Origin: an uncultured Clostridia bacterium
GTDB lineage: Bacteria; Bacillota; Clostridia; TANB77; CAG-508
Direction: 5' to 3'
DNA length: 61,139 nt
Assembly (NCBI GenBank): GCA_944391885.1
Contig: CALXVE010000002.1
Location: 1 to 61,139, forward strand
The notes below the pieces were generated by a model that was not told where the DNA came from, made no database searches, and worked only from the letters and a program-made list of their open reading frames with translations. A program made the position numbers and the translations under genes. This document shows positions 27,570-38,000 of this stretch, in pieces; the stretch's first letter is position 1, and the number at the start of each line of letters is the position of its first letter.

Positions 27570-27604
27570 AAAAAATCCAACTCTTTTCGAGCTGGATTTT
27601 TTGT
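27570..27604. terminator. bidirectional terminator between lemA and the TatD-family gene
   Basis: AAAAATCCAACTC-tttt-GAGCTGGATTTTTT, with A-run and T-run on both sides. Confidence 0.6.
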
Positions 27605-27635
27605 TTCCTATTTTTCTTTTTCAGTACAGCCTTTT

Positions 27636-28418
27636 TTAATTTACAAATAATTTAAGTGCATTTTCATATGTTATTTTAGCAATTTCTTCTAATGGCATTT
27701 CTTTTACTTTTGCTATTTTTTCTGCCATATATTTTACATTTCTAGAGTCATTGCGTGTTCCCCTATGTGGCTCTGGGGCTAAATATGGGCTATCTGTTTC
27801 TATTAATATTCTATCTAGTGGCACAGCTTTTATGGCTTCATCTGCATTTTTGGAGTTTTTAAATGTAATTGGTCCTGCAAACGAAATATAGAATCCCAAC
27901 TTTAAACCTTCACGAATCAAGTCTAAATTTAGTGGACAACAGTGGAAAACCCCTTTTTTTATTGGTGTGATTTCATTTTTTAATATATCTAAAGTATCAT
28001 ATACTGCTTCTCTTGTGTGTATTATAATTGGCAAATTCAACTCATTTGCAAGTTCTATTTGCTTTTTAAAAGCATGCTTTTGTTCCCATTTATTTTCTTT
28101 ATTCCAGTAGTAGTCTAAGCCAATTTCGCCAATTCCTACTACTTTCTTATTTTTTGCTAGTTCCTTTATTTCATTTAATTCTTTTGATAATACTTCATTA
28201 AAGTTTTTGCCAGGTATGTCATTTGGCGAAATTCCAGCAGTTGCATATATATATTCATGTAAATTGGCAATATTTATAGCTTCTTTTGAAGAAGCTATAT
28301 CATATCCTGCACAAATTAATTTTGTTACACCACTATCATAAATACTTTTTAGTATTTCTTCCCTATCTTCACTAAATTTTTCATCATTATAATGTGCATG
28401 TGAATCAAAAAATTGCAT
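27636..28418 (-). CDS. TatD family metal-dependent hydrolase (YabD-like)
   Basis: 260 aa: FDSHAHYND…GEIGLDYYW…IIHTREA…ETDSPYLAP, the TatD signatures. Confidence 0.85.
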   Translation of the reverse strand: MQFFDSHAHYNDEKFSEDREEILKSIYDSGVTKLICAGYDIASSKEAINIANLHEYIYATAGISPNDIPGKNFNEVLSKELNEIKELAKNKKVVGIGEIGLDYYWNKENKWEQKHAFKKQIELANELNLPIIIHTREAVYDTLDILKNEITPIKKGVFHCCPLNLDLIREGLKLGFYISFAGPITFKNSKNADEAIKAVPLDRILIETDSPYLAPEPHRGTRNDSRNVKYMAEKIAKVKEMPLEEIAKITYENALKLFVN

Positions 28419-28430
28419 TTTTTCCTCCTG

Positions 28431-28805
28431 TTATTCTTTAAATATAATTGTAAAACTAGCAATTGCATATTCTGCTATATGTGAAAGGCTTAAATCCATG
28501 CTTTCTACATTTTGCAAATTTAATTCTTTCAAATCTGCTATAGGTTTTCCATTTTCGCCATTATAGATTTTTATTTTAGTCCACAAATCTTCTTTAATAG
28601 AGATTTCATCAGAAATAGCCTTGAATATTGCCTCTTTTGCAGCAAATCTAACTGCATAATGCTGATATTTCATTTTTCCTGTATTTTCACAAAATTCCGT
28701 TTCCTGCTCTGTATACACTTTATCTAAAAAGCTTTTCCCTTGCCTTTCTATTGCTTTTTTTATTCTTTCTACTTCTATTATGTCTATTCCAGTTTTAACT
28801 CTCAT
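28431..28805 (-). CDS. acpS: holo-[acyl-carrier-protein] synthase
   Basis: 124 aa: GIDIIEVERI…FAAKEAIFKA…LSLSH, the AcpS pattern. Confidence 0.8.
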   Translation of the reverse strand: MRVKTGIDIIEVERIKKAIERQGKSFLDKVYTEQETEFCENTGKMKYQHYAVRFAAKEAIFKAISDEISIKEDLWTKIKIYNGENGKPIADLKELNLQNVESMDLSLSHIAEYAIASFTIIFKE

Positions 28806-28814
28806 TTTGCACTC

Positions 28815-30047
28815 CTATTTACTAAATACTACAAAAAGATTTATTATATTTAAAATAACCATTATTGCTATAACAAGCACAAGCCAGGTATTCCCTCTTT
28901 TTGTTTTTTCTATTTCATAATCTTTATATAATAAATCATATTGCTGTTTTAGTTTATTAAAGGTTTCTTTCATATCTTGCTGCTCTGAATAGTGTTTGTC
29001 CAAAATTTCTCCAGTTTCATTTCCTGTTATTTCATAAATCCAATCTTTTTTAGCAAAATTCAAAAATTCATTTTTAATTGTTTTAAATTTTCTGTTTTGT
29101 TGTAATTTGTACATTAATTTTTTTAGATATATTTTTTTGTATAGGCTAAAAATGTAGTGGTATAAATGCTCATTTTCGTGTTCAAATGGCACTGTAGTAT
29201 AGTTTTTAATATTACTATCACATGTAAATAGCACAGCCGAATTACTAGTAAAGCCGTAATATAAATATTTTTCCTTATATACATTTTGTTCTTTTAATAT
29301 AATATCTGGCAATTGTTCTTCTGCAGGTCTTATTTGCCTATATTTTTCAAATTCTTTTTCTACAAACTTTATATCTGTTTCCTCGTTCCACTCATTTTGA
29401 TTTAAGCATACATAAGAATATGTAATAAGCCTATCAGTATCTAAATTAATTTGCTTTGCCTCTATATTTGGCCCTGCAATTTCTTGAATAAATTCTGAAA
29501 ATCTCTGCATATTGTCAAATTTTTTAGTCTGGATTTTTATTGCTTCATATTCTTTGCTGTGCTCTGCTTTTGAATTTATATCCCTAAATTTGTAATTAAA
29601 ATTTAGTAAATCAGAAAACTGCTGACCTTCTGTTAACGCGGTCTTAAACAATAAAAAGCATACTCCAGTATTAAAACATATAATTTCTACTTTTGTAATG
29701 TCAAAAAATATTCCATTTTTTTCGCCTATTTTACCTGGTATATCGCCACTTAATTCATATTCAAATATATTGCATTGCTTTTTGCTTAATAATGCAGCTT
29801 GCATTTTTTTGTCCATGCCTTCATAGTCTTTGAGCCCTTTTTTAGAAGTATCTAAAGACCAAAACATTTTATCTTTTATTTCAGGCAAAAAATATTTATC
29901 TATTCCCACATCTTTTTTTCTATCAAATAATTTCAATTTGCATTTTGGATTTTTTAGTAAAGTATAAATATATGGCTTATATTCATTTTCTTCTATCAAA
30001 TATGGATATATAAAGTATGTATATTGATATTTCATTTTAAAATCCAT
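28815..30047 (-). CDS. hypothetical protein with a C-terminal transmembrane anchor
   Basis: 410 aa. Good RBS (gagggaa). Single C-terminal TM (WLVLVIAIMVILNIINLFVVF). No family recognisable by eye. Confidence 0.4.
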   Translation of the reverse strand: MDFKMKYQYTYFIYPYLIEENEYKPYIYTLLKNPKCKLKLFDRKKDVGIDKYFLPEIKDKMFWSLDTSKKGLKDYEGMDKKMQAALLSKKQCNIFEYELSGDIPGKIGEKNGIFFDITKVEIICFNTGVCFLLFKTALTEGQQFSDLLNFNYKFRDINSKAEHSKEYEAIKIQTKKFDNMQRFSEFIQEIAGPNIEAKQINLDTDRLITYSYVCLNQNEWNEETDIKFVEKEFEKYRQIRPAEEQLPDIILKEQNVYKEKYLYYGFTSNSAVLFTCDSNIKNYTTVPFEHENEHLYHYIFSLYKKIYLKKLMYKLQQNRKFKTIKNEFLNFAKKDWIYEITGNETGEILDKHYSEQQDMKETFNKLKQQYDLLYKDYEIEKTKRGNTWLVLVIAIMVILNIINLFVVFSK

Positions 30048-30067
30048 CTTTTGTTTCCCTCTTTTCT

Positions 30068-31594
30068 TTATTTATTTGTGTAATAATTTAAGTTCAAATC
30101 TTCTCCTCTATGCCAATTATTTATAAACTCTATTAATGAGGCATTTTCTAGTGTATATGATGGTTCTACAGCAACTCTACCTCTTGAATCAATACATCCC
30201 CAAACTCCATCTTTTTTTACACTTGAATAGCCAAACTCATTTTGCTCTCTTGCATCATCATAAATATAATCTACAATAACAACCCCATCTTTATTTACAT
30301 AGCCGTATTTACCATCTTTTTTATCTAAAAATAGAGTATTGGTTGTTAATAATTCTCTATTTGTCTTTTCCTCAAATTTAAAATTGTAGTATTTATAATC
30401 ATCATCAACTCGTATTTTCATGTATCCATCTTGAGTATTAATTTCTGATAATATTCCACTTAATTTTACTGTAAAATCATTTCCTATAAAATCAGTATCT
30501 ACAGAGTCTGATTTATTACCTTCAAAAAATCCGCTATCAGCCCTATATATTAAGCTATCATAAGTTGGCTCAAGAACAATATCACCTGATAAATTTATAA
30601 CACCATACTTTTCTTTTTCTTTGAAAATATAGTTTTCATCAAATGTATATTCTAAATTTTGATATTTTGGAGCAATTTTTGTTTCACCTGATAATGTTAC
30701 AACTCCATATTTTTTATCTGAAACAATTACAACATTCTCACCATTTATAGATTTTATACTGTCAAATTTATTCTCTAAATAACTTTTTCCTTCACTATCT
30801 ACTATTTTCCATTTTCCATTTTCTTTTGCTACATAATTTCCATTGCCATAAATAGACTGAATATCTTGATATTTAACTTCTACTGCAACTGTTTTATCAC
30901 GATTAATTACTCCAACTTTATTATCATTATCTGTTACAATATATCCATTTTCATATCTATCTGAAATAGCTTCAATTTTTTTGTATTCTGGTTCTATAAT
31001 AATTGCTCCAATGTGGTCTACCAAACCATAATTATCGCCTTGCTCTATTAATATGCTGTTTGTAACGCCATTTAATGCTTTGATGCTATCATATTCACAT
31101 GCTAAAAGTTCTTTACCTTTAAAATCTGCTAATCCAAATTTTCCTTCTTTTGATACAATTAGCAAATCTTCCTCATACCATAAATTGTTGTTAGCATCAT
31201 GATTTTCAACAGCTTGGATGGTATCATAACCAGTTACTATTTCTTCATTTTTACTATTAATTACTTTTGATTTATAGGAACCAGTTTCATAATCTACGTC
31301 ATAGGTACAAATAAAAACATCTTTTGAATTGTCTGGAATTATAATTGCTTCATCATATTCTGGCTCTATAATAGTTTCACCTTTTGAATTGATTACTCCC
31401 CATTTGTCGTTTGTATATACTGCAAAATACTTATTTGCAACTGTTTTTTCATCTGTTTTTCCTGCGCCACTAATTAATTTGCTAATGCCAATTATTACCA
31501 TAATAATTACTGCAAGAGCAATAATAACGGCAAAAACTTTTTTAAGGTTAAGTTTTTTCTTTTCACCATTGTATCTTCTGGCTCGACTACTCAT
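30068..31594 (-). CDS. WG-repeat (KWG) containing membrane-anchored protein
   Basis: 508 aa with an N-terminal TM, then many repeats of the type KWGVINSKGETIIEPEYD / KFGLADFKGKELLACEYD / KYGYVNKDGVVIVDYIYD. RBS aaggagg. Confidence 0.7.
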   Translation of the reverse strand: MSSRARRYNGEKKKLNLKKVFAVIIALAVIIMVIIGISKLISGAGKTDEKTVANKYFAVYTNDKWGVINSKGETIIEPEYDEAIIIPDNSKDVFICTYDVDYETGSYKSKVINSKNEEIVTGYDTIQAVENHDANNNLWYEEDLLIVSKEGKFGLADFKGKELLACEYDSIKALNGVTNSILIEQGDNYGLVDHIGAIIIEPEYKKIEAISDRYENGYIVTDNDNKVGVINRDKTVAVEVKYQDIQSIYGNGNYVAKENGKWKIVDSEGKSYLENKFDSIKSINGENVVIVSDKKYGVVTLSGETKIAPKYQNLEYTFDENYIFKEKEKYGVINLSGDIVLEPTYDSLIYRADSGFFEGNKSDSVDTDFIGNDFTVKLSGILSEINTQDGYMKIRVDDDYKYYNFKFEEKTNRELLTTNTLFLDKKDGKYGYVNKDGVVIVDYIYDDAREQNEFGYSSVKKDGVWGCIDSRGRVAVEPSYTLENASLIEFINNWHRGEDLNLNYYTNK

Positions 31595-31789
31595 CTTAAT
31601 TCCTCCTTATGCTTAATACTATATCATATTTGTGTACATAATTACAAGGTGTTTTGAAAGATTTTATAAAGCAATAGTTATATATTATTTACAAAAATAA
31701 AATATTAGTTATTCATATATGATGATTAACATGACATAAAGTGTCGATTTATTTTGCCTATTATTTATGCCATAATTTGTCATAGTGAT

Positions 31790-32002
31790 ATGATGATAAA
31801 AGAAAAGAGAAATCAATTTGGTTATACTCAAGAAAAAATGGCAGAAATGCTTCAAATTAGTTTAAGACAATATGTTAGAATTGACAAAGAAACATGTTTG
31901 CCTAGAAGTGATATTTTAGATAGATTAATCAATACATTAGATTTAACAGATGAAGAAATTGGCATGTATGTAAAATCTGTGTTATTCAAAAAAAGTTCGT
32001 AG
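31790..32002 (+). CDS. XRE-family helix-turn-helix transcriptional regulator
   Basis: MMIKEKRNQFGYTQEKMAEMLQISLRQYVRIDKE… is an HTH_3 pattern. The ATG at 31790 is in frame within track ORF 31754..32002 (which begins at a TTG). Confidence 0.65.
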   Translation: MMIKEKRNQFGYTQEKMAEMLQISLRQYVRIDKETCLPRSDILDRLINTLDLTDEEIGMYVKSVLFKKSS

Positions 32003-32099
32003 TTATAAGATTTCAAATGTGGAACTTTAGTATCTTTACTTAATTTAAAAGTAGCACAATGTTGAATTATATCAACATTGTGCTCCCTATATATATTAA

Positions 32100-32214
32100 A
32101 AATTTCACACACTAATATTGACAAGCTCACTTAACCCATGTCAAAAATTTATTTTTGACATGCGGAAGGAAGGCGACAGCAAGGACAACCGTTATAATAC
32201 AATTGTGTGGAATT
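32100..32214 (+). mobile_element. MITE-like element, copy 3 (internally deleted)
   Basis: The right 100 nt (…CTCACTTAACCCATGTCAAAAATTTATTTTTGACATGCGGAAGGAAGGCGACAGCAAGGACAACCGTTATAATACAATTGTGTGGAATT) align with copy 2. The left terminus is degenerate (AAATTTCACACACTAATATT). The GC-rich left arm is missing. Confidence 0.6.
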
Positions 32215-32245
32215 GATAGATTTACTATTTTTATTGTATTAAGAG

Positions 32246-32358
32246 ATTCGTCCCTAGGTAAGACAAAAGTGGTAGATTTGGGACTGTCCCTAATTAAGAC
32301 ACTAGCAGAAGCGTCCCTAAGTCACCCTATTTAGGGTGACTGGGACCCGTCCCCAATT
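32246..32358. repeat. GTCCCTAA/GGGAC repeat-hairpin module adjoining MITE copy 3
   Basis: Contains GTCCCTAGGTAAGAC (32250-64), GGGACTGTCCC (32280-90), GTCCCTAATTAAGAC (32286-300), GTCCCTAA + hairpin GTCACCCT-attt-AGGGTGAC (32313-40), and GGGACCCGTCCCC (32342-54). The spoIIE stop codon (32331-33) is in the hairpin loop. Confidence 0.65.
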
Positions 32359-33350
32359 ACTCCCACTACTACTGTCATGTCGTCTTTTTGTCTGCCAAAG
32401 TCGTTATCTATTGCTTCTTCTAATATTAGGTTAGCTATTTGTTGGGCATCTTTTGTTTCTAAATCTTCTAGTAGATATTTTACCCACAATTCTTTGTTTA
32501 TGTATTCGTTGTTTGCTTCTATCACGCCATCACTGCACATTACTATGATGTCACCTTGTTGTAAGTCATAGTCATATACAACTAGGTCATTTTTTTCTAG
32601 CACTCCTGCTGGTAATGTGGTTGATTTTAGTAATTGTACTTCGCTTCCTCTTTTTACATATGTTGGGCATGCACCATTTTTTATAAATTCCATATTTCCA
32701 TTATATAAATCTAAAATCTGAATATCTAGTGTGGCATACATGTCTTCTTTGCTATTTGCAAGTAATATTGAGTTTATTAATTGTAGTGATGCTTCTTTTT
32801 CAAAACCTGCTTTTAATAGCCTTTCTAGCATTTTTACTGCTATTTTACTACTTTTCATTGCTTCTGGTCCTGAGCCCATACCGTCACTGATTGCTAACAA
32901 ATATTTGCCATCTTCTAGTTTTGTTTCTAAGTGGCTATCTCCTGATACTATTGAATCTGCTTTTGTACTAGAAGATACTCCTATTTGTAATTTGTATTTA
33001 TCTTTTGACATGTATTTAAATTGGCACTGCTCAGCATTTTCCCTTAGTCCACATACTTGTGATTGGATTAAGAATTTATCTCCTAATGATTTAGTTAAAA
33101 TTCTAGATATTTTTTTAATGTCACATTTTGTGCCTTCTATTTCATCACATAGTTTTGTGCATACTTCTACAAAGTACCTACCGGAATTTGCTCTTTTTAT
33201 TTTTAATCCTTCTATTTCAATATCTTTTTCTTTTAATAATGCTTTAATTTCTTGCCTTTTTTCTTCAAATGGGTCAATTTCTTTTTCTTCTTTCATTTCA
33301 TTTGCTAAGTTTGATATGGCATTTGACACTTCTTCCAAACCGAGTAGCAA
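32331..33350 (-). CDS. spoIIE: stage II sporulation protein E, C-terminal PP2C phosphatase part (separate ORF because of a frame break)
   Basis: Contains …GDSHLETKLEDGKYLLAISDGMGSGPEAMKSSKIAV…MCSDGV…DDMTVVV, the PP2C/SpoIIE domain. It overlaps the upstream ORF at 33298-33350 in a different frame. Confidence 0.8.
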   Translation of the reverse strand: MLLGLEEVSNAISNLANEMKEEKEIDPFEEKRQEIKALLKEKDIEIEGLKIKRANSGRYFVEVCTKLCDEIEGTKCDIKKISRILTKSLGDKFLIQSQVCGLRENAEQCQFKYMSKDKYKLQIGVSSSTKADSIVSGDSHLETKLEDGKYLLAISDGMGSGPEAMKSSKIAVKMLERLLKAGFEKEASLQLINSILLANSKEDMYATLDIQILDLYNGNMEFIKNGACPTYVKRGSEVQLLKSTTLPAGVLEKNDLVVYDYDLQQGDIIVMCSDGVIEANNEYINKELWVKYLLEDLETKDAQQIANLILEEAIDNDFGRQKDDMTVVVGVIGDGSQSP

Positions 33351-34848
33351 CAGTTCTTTTGCTTTCTTCCATTTTCTTTTTCCAGATGAAATTAATTTTG
33401 CTCATCCTATATGAAGAATTAATTGCTTTAATCATTTTAGATACATCTTGTATTACTTGCTCATTTTTTTCGTAAAATCCTACCAAGTAATTATTATGTT
33501 TTTCTAAAATTCCCACAAGCTGTTTTTCTGTTATTACATCTTCTTTTAATAAGAGATGAAAAATATCATCTATTATTCCATTTTGGTTTTCATATATTTC
33601 ATCATATAGCATGTTTTCTTCAAGTTCTTGCAAATTTATTCTCAATTCTTCTATAAAAATTTGCTCATTTGATAGTTCTTGTTGTCTTAGGTCTTCTTCA
33701 CTTATAACTGTGCTTGCCGCTTCACCATAGCTTTTTGCCATTTCACTTATTGCCTCTGACATGTTGTTTAGCTTAAATATTGCATCTTCATTTTCTGTTA
33801 AGCTTCTGCCTGCAAGTGTGGTTTCTGGTAATAGTTTTTCTTTTCCGAAAAAATCTTGTATGTCTATTTTTACTTTTTTAGGAACTGCTAACAATCCTAA
33901 AAATGCAATTAAAATTTCTTGAATAAGTATTACAGGCACTGTGTTGCCATTTGCAACATATGTTAATGCAATGTTACCTAGTATAAACCCAATTACTACA
34001 CCAATTTTGCCAAGCCTATTAAATAGCCCTGCTATCATACCAGATATGGCATATGAAGCAACTAAAATTGGCTCTGAGCCACTTATTATTCCAAGTGTAA
34101 CTCCTATTAGCACACCAGATGTTGCACCTATCAGCATGCCATTTTTCCAGCCTAAAATTAGTACAATTAAAATACTTAATATATTTTTTACGCTATAGCC
34201 AAAAATTGTAAAATTATCTAATGCACAAATTGCAATTGCAAGTAGTAAGCTTGTCCCCATTACTTCTTCTACTGAAAATACTGTTTTTTTGCCAAATTCT
34301 TTAATAATTGGTATACTGTTTGCAAATATTTTGTAAAATACAAAACTACTAATTGCTAGCATTATGCTTGTTAGCAAGTCATAAACATAAAAACTGGTAA
34401 AAAACATTGGTATTATTTGCACTACAAGTACTGATATAAAAAGCCTAGATCCAAGCCTTCTTTGTTCATTTACTATTTCTTCTTCTCTTGGTCTTTTAAA
34501 TAATACTAGTGCAAAAAATACAAGTGTTGTTATGAAATATGTAAAAAGGCTATTTGTACCAAATTTTAGCCATGTTCCTATTAATGTTAATATGTACACT
34601 ATTCCAACTGGTGAATAATTGCTAAGCATTGCTGCCAAAAAGCTAATTGCAAATGGGCTTATGCTAAGCATAAAATTTTCCGAACTAAATCCAACCATTG
34701 AAATTAAGAAACTTATGGTGTATAAAATAATATTTTGTATGTTAAAAAGATTTTTTAAAATCTCTTTTATTGATTTTCTACTTTTTATTTCTTCTTGCTC
34801 ATTTTCGTTATTTTGATTTGTAAAATCCTTTAATATATTTTGAAACAC
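33298..34848 (-). CDS. spoIIE: stage II sporulation protein E, N-terminal multi-TM and regulatory part
   Basis: 516 aa with about 10 TM segments followed by a cytoplasmic linker. It ends in 20 aa of out-of-frame sequence (…RFGRSVKCHIKLSK). Together with 32331..33350 it gives a normal-length SpoIIE. Confidence 0.8.
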   Translation of the reverse strand: MFQNILKDFTNQNNENEQEEIKSRKSIKEILKNLFNIQNIILYTISFLISMVGFSSENFMLSISPFAISFLAAMLSNYSPVGIVYILTLIGTWLKFGTNSLFTYFITTLVFFALVLFKRPREEEIVNEQRRLGSRLFISVLVVQIIPMFFTSFYVYDLLTSIMLAISSFVFYKIFANSIPIIKEFGKKTVFSVEEVMGTSLLLAIAICALDNFTIFGYSVKNILSILIVLILGWKNGMLIGATSGVLIGVTLGIISGSEPILVASYAISGMIAGLFNRLGKIGVVIGFILGNIALTYVANGNTVPVILIQEILIAFLGLLAVPKKVKIDIQDFFGKEKLLPETTLAGRSLTENEDAIFKLNNMSEAISEMAKSYGEAASTVISEEDLRQQELSNEQIFIEELRINLQELEENMLYDEIYENQNGIIDDIFHLLLKEDVITEKQLVGILEKHNNYLVGFYEKNEQVIQDVSKMIKAINSSYRMSKINFIWKKKMEESKRTVATRFGRSVKCHIKLSK

Positions 34849-35051
34849 TTTTTAATCACCCCTACTTTTTTAATTTGATATTTATTTTAGTACATGTTAT
34901 TTAAAATATTTGTCGTATTTAATACCAAATTTAAAAAAGTTTTTTATCTTTTTTGCCATCTTACGTGTTTATTTTACTTTTCTTTAGTTTTTACAAGTTA
35001 TATTTTAACTCAAAATAGCATAAAATTCAATATATTGTAGAAAAGTGCATT

Positions 35052-35088
35052 AAAAAAGAGTGAAATTTTTTTAATTTCACTCTTTTAA
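35052..35088. terminator. terminator after the surface-protein operon (bidirectional shape)
   Basis: AAAAGAGTGAAAT-tttttta-ATTTCACTCTTTT immediately after the stop at 35099. Confidence 0.6.
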
Positions 35089-35098
35089 ATTAGGCTAG

Positions 35099-38000
35099 CT
35101 AATTATTTGTTAGAACTTTCTTTTTAATAAAGATAATTCCTACTATTATTACAGCCAATACTGCTATTGATAATGCAATATATACTACTATTTCTCCAAC
35201 ACCAGTTGGCGGAATTACAATTATGTGTTCAGCTTTAGATGTATCAACTTCTGCTGGATTTTCTGCTTTAGGGTCTTGGTTAGCTTGAATTGAATATGCC
35301 ATCCTTCTACCAGCAGTATTTGAAACTGCACTGATTTCTGCAATATTGTCATATGCTTTGTCATCCTGTGAATTATTGGAAGACATTATTTGTGTTAATA
35401 TTAGGCTTACTGACTTACTTTCACCTGGTTGTAATTCTCCTGCTAAACCTTCTGTTTTTACAATATTTACATCTGTATTTGCTATTACATCAGCAACTTC
35501 TCCTGGCTCAAAGCTTTCAACTTCACTCCATCCAATATTATATTCTTCTTTATAACTCAAATTATTTGCCAAATAGTCTAGTACAGAATCAGCACTTGTT
35601 GTTACCATCTCAGATGCTCCAGTACCTTTATAATAGAAGTCTTGTCCTAGATAGTCTGTTTCACTAGCATTTGTAACTGTTAAATCATATGTAACACTAA
35701 TTGTTGCACCTTGCATTAATTCATTATCCATATTAAATTCAATTAAACCACTATTATTTATAGTCCCTTGTATTAAATTGTCTATTTCTGTTCTATAAGC
35801 ATACCTATGGCTTTGATTATAATACTCTTCATATTTTTTGTCTTCCATCTGGTTTATTAAATTATATGATTTTCCTTCTAGCCACTTTCTATCTGCTGCT
35901 GGAATATCTGCTGTAGTATCAAACAATGTACTACCATTAGCTAAAGTTATTTTTACATTACTTACTTTTTTATTTAATTCTAACTGTGCCTTTGGTCTTT
36001 CTACTAATCCAAAGTCTAAGTTATTTAATGTGTAGTTACCATTTACGTCATTTCCATGTAAGTATGTTCCCGCACCATTACTTACTTTTTCACCATCTGT
36101 TTTAGTTCTATTATATTCTCCCTCGAATACAATAATTGCTGTTTCTGCTGACATATTTGTATTTTCTATTAATTCGTTAATTAATGTCTCATTAATTTCA
36201 CTTGCATATGGTGATGCCAATACTTCAGCTTTATGATTTGTTACATTTGAAATACTATATCCATTAACTTCTTGTCTTCTTTCCCAACTATCTTTTGCAT
36301 CTGATATATTACTTTCAAAAGCATCTGCTGCTTGAATGTTATAATATTTTTCAGTGTAATTAGATAGTCCTTGTTGATATATAGTTGATTTAAAGTCTTG
36401 ACCGTTATATGACACTACGTTAGAACCACCATGACTATTAGTTAGAACTGTAGCATTATTATTACCATAGTAGAAACGTACAACATAATTTCCTGGTATG
36501 ATATATGCATTAGCATTTTCATCTGTTTTAAATTCATATTTTCCATTTGCACCAGTAGTTAATGTTTGCCATACATGTTCATTTCCATTTTCTAGTTTTT
36601 CTACTAATTCTACAGTAACACCTGCAATTCCTATTTCATCTTGTCTTATACCATCACCTATCATAGCATTCGAAGCATCCTGTGTCCTTTTGTCTTCCCA
36701 AACTGTACCATTAATACTTCTAATAGCATCATTATTTAATGTTACTTTAATTGATTTCGCACGGTCTGTATCATCCTCAAAGTTCTTTTCGTATTTTTCT
36801 CCTGATAAATCTTCTGCTTTTAAGTTACCTGGAGTAGAGTCAATATCTATTATACCTGCTGCATCTCCGCTTCCCTTTGTTTGACCGTTTGGAAGTGCTG
36901 TTCCATCTTTATAGTATGTTGTGTATCCATTAATTTCAACATAATTTTGTTTTAAGCTATTATCATCATCTAATATTACAGGACCATTACTATCAGATCT
37001 TACTTTAAATGTTAGATATATATATGCTTCTTCTCCGCTTTCTAGTTTTCTATCTTCTAATCCTCTAATATACACTGCATTATATTGTGCTTCCATTCCG
37101 GATTGTTCACTCTCTGTGCCATATTTGCTACTAGAGTTACTATTAATAGCTTTTGCATTTTGTACTTGTAATGAAAGACTATTAATTGTATTATAATAGG
37201 CATCTTCTGATACTGAAATCTCTGAAGTTCCACCATACATTACCCAAGATAAATTGTCAATATATTCATAATCTTTATCATAATAGTCTACAACTTCGGT
37301 AATTTGGCTTACTATGCTTGTAGAACTGTTTCTAACTGTTATTTTGTATGTTACATATAATTCTAGTTCTTTACTTGCATCAGCACCATTCATTTCAGCA
37401 CGATATGTGTAATCTGCTGGATAAAGGTCTCTTTCATATACTCCTGCATAGTAGTTATTGTAATCTCTCATTCTTAATTGGATTTCCCAATAATCGCTCT
37501 CTTGATTTCTTTTATTATATTTATATACTTCTGTTTTACCATTAATTCTTGTTGCAGCATATGCCACATCTTTTCTTAATGCTAAATCTGTTTCCTGTCT
37601 TCTCCATAAACCTTGATTTATAAAGAATTGTCCTTCATAAATTGGTTTATATGTTTTGCCATTATAACTTATTTCTGTTTGATCATAGCTATCATTTCTT
37701 TTTTCTTCAATTGATTCATATTCCTTCTCTGAATTTTCTGTTCCATCTTCTGATGAATTTTCCATTATATTATTAATATAAAAATCATCAAAAACTGGGT
37801 ATAAGTCTTTTTCTCCACTTGTATTTTGTGTGTATGAAGTTATTTTACAATCCTCTATAAATTGCAATTTTCTCCATGTTTGTTCATCACCACCAGCAAT
37901 TTCAGAATATACTTCATCAATCATTTCATCATAATCTGGAACTATATTCATTTTCTCAATGCTTTCTAGTCTTTTATTGTTCTGCTTTTCTAATTTCGCT

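Noticed and set aside
34895-34920. Spo0A box upstream of spoIIE (TGTCGTA at about 34907)
   Set aside because: It is one mismatch from the TGNCGAA consensus and a single copy, so it is too weak to call without comparative or experimental data.
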